Assembly: GCA_965199175.1 (NCBI GenBank)
Contig: OZ240684.1
Location: 1,579,288 to 1,643,287 of the forward strand
Source: Alphaproteobacteria bacterium
GTDB lineage: Bacteria > Pseudomonadota > Alphaproteobacteria > G963923945
Length of the DNA stretch: 64,000 bases
Reading direction: 5' to 3'
Of this stretch, positions 60,757-64,000 are shown piece after piece; position 1 is the first letter of the stretch, and each line of letters opens with the position of its first letter. Position numbers and translations under genes: made by a program. Below the pieces are notes generated by a model. That model was not told the DNA's origin. It searched no databases and saw nothing but the letters and a program-made list of their open reading frames with translations.

Positions 60757-62232
60757 TTGGTGCCCGTTCTGGACTCTGTGGGTGTGTCTACCCCGGCCCT
60801 GATGCTACAGGGAACCGGGTCAGATGTCGGAAAATCCCTGATTGTGGCTGGCCTGGGGCGTCTGTTTCACCGGCGCGGCCTTGCTGTGCTTCCTTTCAAG
60901 CCTCAGAATATGTCCAATAATGCCGCGGTCGCCCAGGGCGGTGAAATTGGTCGCGCTCAGGCTTTGCAAGCCCGGGCGGCTGGTGTATCGCCACAGCTTG
61001 ATATGAATCCGGTTTTACTCAAGCCTCACAGCGAGATTGGCTCTCAGATCATCATTCGTGGCCGGGTCGCCGGAACCGTAGAAGCAGCCAATTATCACTC
61101 CTGGCGGGCGCATTTACTCAAAGCCGTTCTGGAAAGTTTTGATCGTTTGGCCCAGGCTGCTGAGTTAATTCTGATCGAAGGAGCCGGCAGTACAGCAGAA
61201 GTCAATCTACGTGCTCAGGATATTGCGAATATGGGGTTTGCCCAGGCAGCCGATGTACCGGTTGTCCTTGTCGGTGATATTGAGCGCGGCGGCGTCATCG
61301 CCAGTATTGTCGGAACCGTTGCCTTGCTCAAAGAAAGTGAACGCGCAAGGCTGCACGGCTTTATCATCAATAAATTTCACGGGGATATCCGCTTATTCGA
61401 TGAGGGTGTGCGGATTATTGAGGAAAAAACCGGCTTGCCATGTCTTGGTGTGGTTCCGTATTGCCGTTCTGCACATCAACTGCCTGCTGAAGACAGCATG
61501 GGCCTTGACCGGCTGCGACCAGAAAACCACGGCCATAAAACCCTGCGTATTGCGGTTCCACGCCTCCCTCGCATCGCCAATTTCGATGATCTTGATCCTC
61601 TGTTCCTGGAAAGCAGCCTGGAGGTCAGCATCATTGATCCGGGGATTCCCTTGCCTGGTGATGCAGATGGCGTGATCTTGCTGGGTTCCAAAGCAACCCG
61701 AAGCGATCTTGAGGATTTTCGCAACCAGGGTTGGGAGATTGACTTGCAGGGTCACAGGCGCCGGGGGGGGTGGATTCTTGGTATCTGCGGAGGCTATCAG
61801 ATGCTGGGTCGCTCTATTGCTGACCCTCTGGGTCTCGAAGGCCCTCCCGGAGAAACCAAAGGACTGGGGTTTCTTGAGGTGAGTACCTGTCTTGAGGCGG
61901 GTAAAATCGTCCGCAATGCAGAGAAAACAGCCAGAGGGAGTTATGAAATTCATGCTGGCCGCACCACCGGTCCCGGCTGTGCACGGCCTTTTCCACCTGG
62001 TTCAGGCGATGGGGCCATTTCTGCCGATGGCCGGGTCATGGGCTGTTACCTGCATGGACTCTTTGCCGATGACCATCAGCGCCGGGCCTGGCTCAATCAT
62101 CTCGGGACAAAGGGGGATCCTGATCTGGATTATCATCTCAGACTTGATCATTTCCTGGATGACTGGGCAGATCATCTGCACAAATATCTTGATTGTGACC
62201 GTCTGTTGGACATTGCCAGAGGCCGTACTTAA
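60757..62232 (+). CDS. cobQ: Cobyric acid synthase
   Basis: LMLQGTGSDVGKS N-terminus; C-terminal glutamine amidotransferase domain (GICGGYQMLG). Confidence 0.9.
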   Translation: MVPVLDSVGVSTPALMLQGTGSDVGKSLIVAGLGRLFHRRGLAVLPFKPQNMSNNAAVAQGGEIGRAQALQARAAGVSPQLDMNPVLLKPHSEIGSQIIIRGRVAGTVEAANYHSWRAHLLKAVLESFDRLAQAAELILIEGAGSTAEVNLRAQDIANMGFAQAADVPVVLVGDIERGGVIASIVGTVALLKESERARLHGFIINKFHGDIRLFDEGVRIIEEKTGLPCLGVVPYCRSAHQLPAEDSMGLDRLRPENHGHKTLRIAVPRLPRIANFDDLDPLFLESSLEVSIIDPGIPLPGDADGVILLGSKATRSDLEDFRNQGWEIDLQGHRRRGGWILGICGGYQMLGRSIADPLGLEGPPGETKGLGFLEVSTCLEAGKIVRNAEKTARGSYEIHAGRTTGPGCARPFPPGSGDGAISADGRVMGCYLHGLFADDHQRRAWLNHLGTKGDPDLDYHLRLDHFLDDWADHLHKYLDCDRLLDIARGRT

Positions 62233-62361
62233 ACCCCGGCGTTTTGTCACCCGGAGACGTCTGAGTGAAGCTTGATGAAACTGAGACGTCTATCTGAGAC
62301 GTCTTACTAGATTATCCTGAAATGATTACCCTGAAATTATGGATTATCCTGAAACGCCTTA

Positions 62362-63417
62362 TCACTCTGCCAGCCCGAAAAAATGCACCATATTACCGCG
62401 AAAAATCGCCAGAAGATCCTCTCCGGCTAACCAGGCTGCCACCCCAACCGCACACAGAGAAATCAATAAAAGACACCCGACAACATAGAGATACAGACCA
62501 CGGCGGATATCAACCGGAGTCAGACGTGCCGTCCCCGACCCAATCCAGTTATCTTTGGCAACATGTCCTTTATAACGGCGTGTACCCCCCAGGGAAAACC
62601 CGAATGCTCCGGCCATGGCACCCTCCGGCCAGCCAGCATTGGGAGAAGAATGGTTTCCGGCATCACGCATCATCACGGTGAGAGCTGACCAGGGTCGGCC
62701 AGAAGGCGTAAACACAGCCGCAATCACCAGAATGATTCCGGCCAACCGGGCCGGAATCAGAACCAACAGATCATCCAGCCGTGCTGACGCCCAGCCAAAA
62801 GCACGATAACGTGGCGATCGATACCCGATCATGCTGTCCAATGTACTCACCGTCTTATGAATAAAGAGACCCGGCAACCCTGCCATAAGATACCAAAAGG
62901 CCGGCGCCACAACCGCATCAGCAAAATTTTCAGCACATGACTCAACGGCGGCCCGGGCCACCCCATGACGATCAAGAGCAGAAGGATCACGCCCGGCAAC
63001 ATGATGCAAAGCAGCACGTCCCTGAGGAAGACCACGTTCCAAAGCGGTTGCAACATCACGAACCCGGTCAAATAATTCCCTCTGAGCCAACAAAATCACC
63101 AGGCATGCGACCTCAATCAACCAGCCATAACGCCATCCTGATGCAACCGTTTCCAGAGACCGCCCCACCACCCAGGCGACGCTGCAAAACAGCACCACCA
63201 CCAATATTCCCCGGATACGTACCATCCATTCACCACGTCTTGGGCGATTGAGTTTACGATCAAAAAATGCCACAGCATTGCCGATCACCTTGACGGGATG
63301 CGGCAAAACCCGGAAAACCAGATACATGTTGCCCAATGCCGCCTCAAGAACCAAAGCAATCAGCAGAACAAACAAAACATGGGGACCAAAAGGTCCGGAT
63401 GCCGCATCAATCAACAT
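62362..63417 (-). CDS. cbiB: Adenosylcobinamide-phosphate synthase CbiB/CobD
   Basis: Membrane protein with CbiB signature regions (SPNAGWPEGAMAGA). Confidence 0.85.
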   Translation of the reverse strand: MLIDAASGPFGPHVLFVLLIALVLEAALGNMYLVFRVLPHPVKVIGNAVAFFDRKLNRPRRGEWMVRIRGILVVVLFCSVAWVVGRSLETVASGWRYGWLIEVACLVILLAQRELFDRVRDVATALERGLPQGRAALHHVAGRDPSALDRHGVARAAVESCAENFADAVVAPAFWYLMAGLPGLFIHKTVSTLDSMIGYRSPRYRAFGWASARLDDLLVLIPARLAGIILVIAAVFTPSGRPWSALTVMMRDAGNHSSPNAGWPEGAMAGAFGFSLGGTRRYKGHVAKDNWIGSGTARLTPVDIRRGLYLYVVGCLLLISLCAVGVAAWLAGEDLLAIFRGNMVHFFGLAE

Positions 63418-63543
63418 AACCGAAACATGTCCGCCAGAAAGCCTGAGGTCAATTTGCCCAAGGTCAATTTACTGTTCGCGCAGTTGAGAAATATTGCTAA
63501 AAGCAGTGATCATATTGCCACCCTATCTCTGACAAGGATCCCG

Positions 63544-64000
63544 ATGAAAACAGCTCACTCTTTACCCCATAATAGCGGGATCATGGTCTGTGGTCATGGT
63601 AGCCGCGATAACGACGGCGTCAATGAATTCACCACCATGGTTGCAGGCTTACGAACATTGTTCCCGGAATCAGTCGTTGAATCCGGTTTTCTCGAATTCG
63701 CCCGCCCAACTATTGGCGAAGGACTGGAAGCATTACAGTCCCGGGGAGTGCGCCATATCCTGGCCGTTCCGGCCATGCTTTTTGCTGCGGGCCATGTCAA
63801 AAATGATATCCCTTCCGAACTCAACAGCTTTGCCGCCACCCATCCCGACATCACCATACAATTCGGACGGGAACTGGCCATTGATCCGCGTATGATCAAT
63901 GCGGCGGCCAAACGTATTGAAGAAGCAGAAAAGACCGCATCTTCTCAGATTCCCCGTTCTGATAGTGTATTGATGCTGGTTGGCCGGGGCACCAATGATC
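63544..64000 (+). CDS. CbiX/SirB-family chelatase (partial, continues beyond window)
   Basis: MKTAHSLPHNSGIMVCGHGSRDNDG...VPAMLFAAGHVKNDIP; open to the window end. The ORF-track entry 63590-63895 is in a different frame. Confidence 0.5.
   Translation, partial: MKTAHSLPHNSGIMVCGHGSRDNDGVNEFTTMVAGLRTLFPESVVESGFLEFARPTIGEGLEALQSRGVRHILAVPAMLFAAGHVKNDIPSELNSFAATHPDITIQFGRELAIDPRMINAAAKRIEEAEKTASSQIPRSDSVLMLVGRGTND

Noticed and set aside
61393-61953. 186-aa minus-strand ORF, plus 61211-61675
   Set aside because: These lie inside cobQ on the opposite strand or in another frame; no motifs.

Overview
Probable alphaproteobacterial methylotroph chromosome segment, about 50% GC; the rpmH-rnpA-yidD-yidC-engB gene order is typical of that group. 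Three functional blocks dominate. (1) A methanol-oxidation and PQQ supermodule: a PQQ-dehydrogenase-associated ABC transporter with beta-propeller partner (1960-6211), three tandem pqqA precursor-peptide genes that the six-frame ORF track misses (7649-8444), pqqBCDE (9019-12258), and on the opposite strand xoxF-xoxG-xoxJ (12414-16433). The XoxF has the lanthanide-type D-Y-D motif. A SoxYZ-like Cys-carrier gene (17536-18468) is transcribed divergently from xoxF. (2) A housekeeping island: rpmH, rnpA, yidD, yidC, engB, an orphan SPPY DNA methyltransferase, panBC, hldE, gamma-glutamyltransferase, DedA plus a MerA-like flavoprotein, and a sensor kinase. (3) A TonB-dependent, Fec-type uptake operon with a Fur-box-like operator, followed by an aerobic cobalamin biosynthesis cluster: cobT, cobS, a cobC-cobU fusion, cobW, cobN, cobO, cobQ, cbiB and a partial cbiX-like gene. 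Features called beyond the ORF track: two tRNAs (Gly-CCC at 1236-1309, Arg-ACG at 37669-37745), rpmH, and a partial ArsS-like radical SAM gene at the 5' edge. The most unusual observations: two otherwise intact genes (an OmpW-like porin and the Fec-type ABC ATPase) are each interrupted by a single in-frame TAG with no indels, although TAG is also a frequent genuine stop here. Nearly every intergenic region carries its own short tandem direct repeat array (2-6 copies of 10-20 bp), and several intergenic spacers are 0.5-1 kb. pqqA is triplicated as roughly 400-bp direct-repeat units, each with its own Shine-Dalgarno sequence and terminator. No obvious defence island, integrase or transposase is present.
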